Positions 62,851 to 64,000 of a DNA stretch of 64,000 nucleotides are shown here, piece by piece. The notes under the pieces are model-generated. The model did no database searches and had not been told where the DNA came from. It saw only the letters and a program-made list of their open reading frames with translations. Source of the DNA: Okamejei kenojei. Taxonomy: Eukaryota. The stretch lies in assembly GCA_035221665.1 (NCBI GenBank), contig CM069151.1:40238001-40302000 (forward strand), read 5' to 3'. Position numbers and translations under genes: made by a program. How positions within the stretch are numbered: the first letter of the stretch is position 1; each line of letters begins with the position of its first letter.

Positions 62851-63305
62851 ATATTTAAAAAACTGCCAGCGAAGGTTATAGTAAATAAAGTCATGGTTTA
62901 CACAGAAACATTGAATGTTTGTAACTTCACAAATCCAATTGTAAACTGCTGGCATAATTTTAAATAAAATATTAATTTTCTGACTGTGTCAAGTGTGAAA
63001 TTTACTCGAGTCTTTTCGGAACCAATTTTAATAATCGCGTACAGCAAACCAAAGGTTTGGTCCCAGCTGTCAGCACATTCACTGATCAGTTCTACCCAAC
63101 CAGAGTTCTGGAGAGAGTCTGGCCCTGGAGAAAATAGAGATAGTAATCACCAGTAGAGTGTTTGGTTCACTCTGTTTAAATGGGTAGACACCACCCAAAC
63201 TCACAACATATTCTTCAAATCCACCCCCTTTCTCACTATATGCATCAAGATCCGCTACCTCTGAACCATATCTTTCAGTGCACCAACCATGCCCCCACAT
63301 ATCTC

Positions 63306-63445
63306 GTGCAGAAAGGAACTGCAGATGCTGGTTTGAACTGAAGATGGACTCAAATGCTTGAGTAACTCAGCGGGACAGGCAGCATCTCTGGAGAGAAAGA
63401 ATGGGTGATGTTTCAGGTCGAGATCCTTCTGAAGATATCACCCAA
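63306..63445 (-). mobile_element. Penelope-type short element
   Basis: aaggaactgcagatgctgg..gagtaactcagcgggacaggcagcatc..gtttcaggtcgagatccttc. Confidence 0.78.
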
Positions 63446-64000
63446 GTGTCTCCCTCCTTTCAGCACATATCTCAGTATTAACCACACATTTGGAATTTAC
63501 TTCACTGGATCATTGAAAATTATTATAAACCAAGTCTACTCATTTCAGTATTTCATTTCCATTTTTTGTTTTTTGGGCAGCACATTCCAGGTCATAGCAG
63601 CTTGACGCAAATTTATACCAAATTAGTTAAATTGTCAGAGGACATGATCTGGGTCTTTGGCCAACGCCCTGTAGAGTGGAAGAATGAATGTAGTTCAATG
63701 GGAAAAGAGCCATTACACTGTACCATTGCACTTCCCTTTGAGTAACGCAGTTTCAGATATCTGGCCACTCATCTGATCCCTGGAACTTCTTCTGCATTTC
63801 CCTTAAACTTAGTTATTGAGGGGAAGCCATCTGGGAATCTTGGATTAGCTCCAGACAGACACGTCTGTGACTGGAGTTAGGAAGCAAGTTGATCCTCTCT
63901 GGCAACTCTCAATAATCCCTGCCAGGTGGGTTGAAGTACTCTAGATGATTAACAAGGGGGATTAATCGCTGGATCAGCAGCAGCGTCCCGGCTAGTTCTG

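Overview
Vertebrate genomic DNA, not prokaryotic. The repeat content (CR1/HER1-type LINEs, HE1/V-type tRNA-derived SINEs, Rex/Babar, Tx1 and RTE remnants) points to an elasmobranch, probably a skate or ray (inference). No complete protein-coding gene is present. Most listed ORFs are decayed LINE ORF2 pieces or chance frames. Two CpG-rich domains (about 22.7-28.1 kb and 33.1-45 kb) hold what looks like the 5' end of an unidentified + strand gene: candidate alternative first exons with donors at 27929 and 34137, and internal exons 35044-35145, 39530-39710 and 50141-50236. The most interesting signals are two families of short retroelements carrying ribozyme-like motifs. (1) A 141-nt element (61019-61159, second copy 52515-52653) begins exactly with a minimal 54-nt HDV/CPEB3-like fold, ends in a (GAA)n tail and has a 10-bp target-site duplication (TSD). 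(2) About 20 copies of a roughly 100-240-nt Penelope-type element; many retain a minimal hammerhead core (CTGAAGA...GAAACGTC), and many are palindromic with 10-16-bp TSDs. There is a 228-N assembly gap at 32073-32300. All calls were made by eye and most repeat boundaries are approximate. Ribozyme activity is predicted, not shown.
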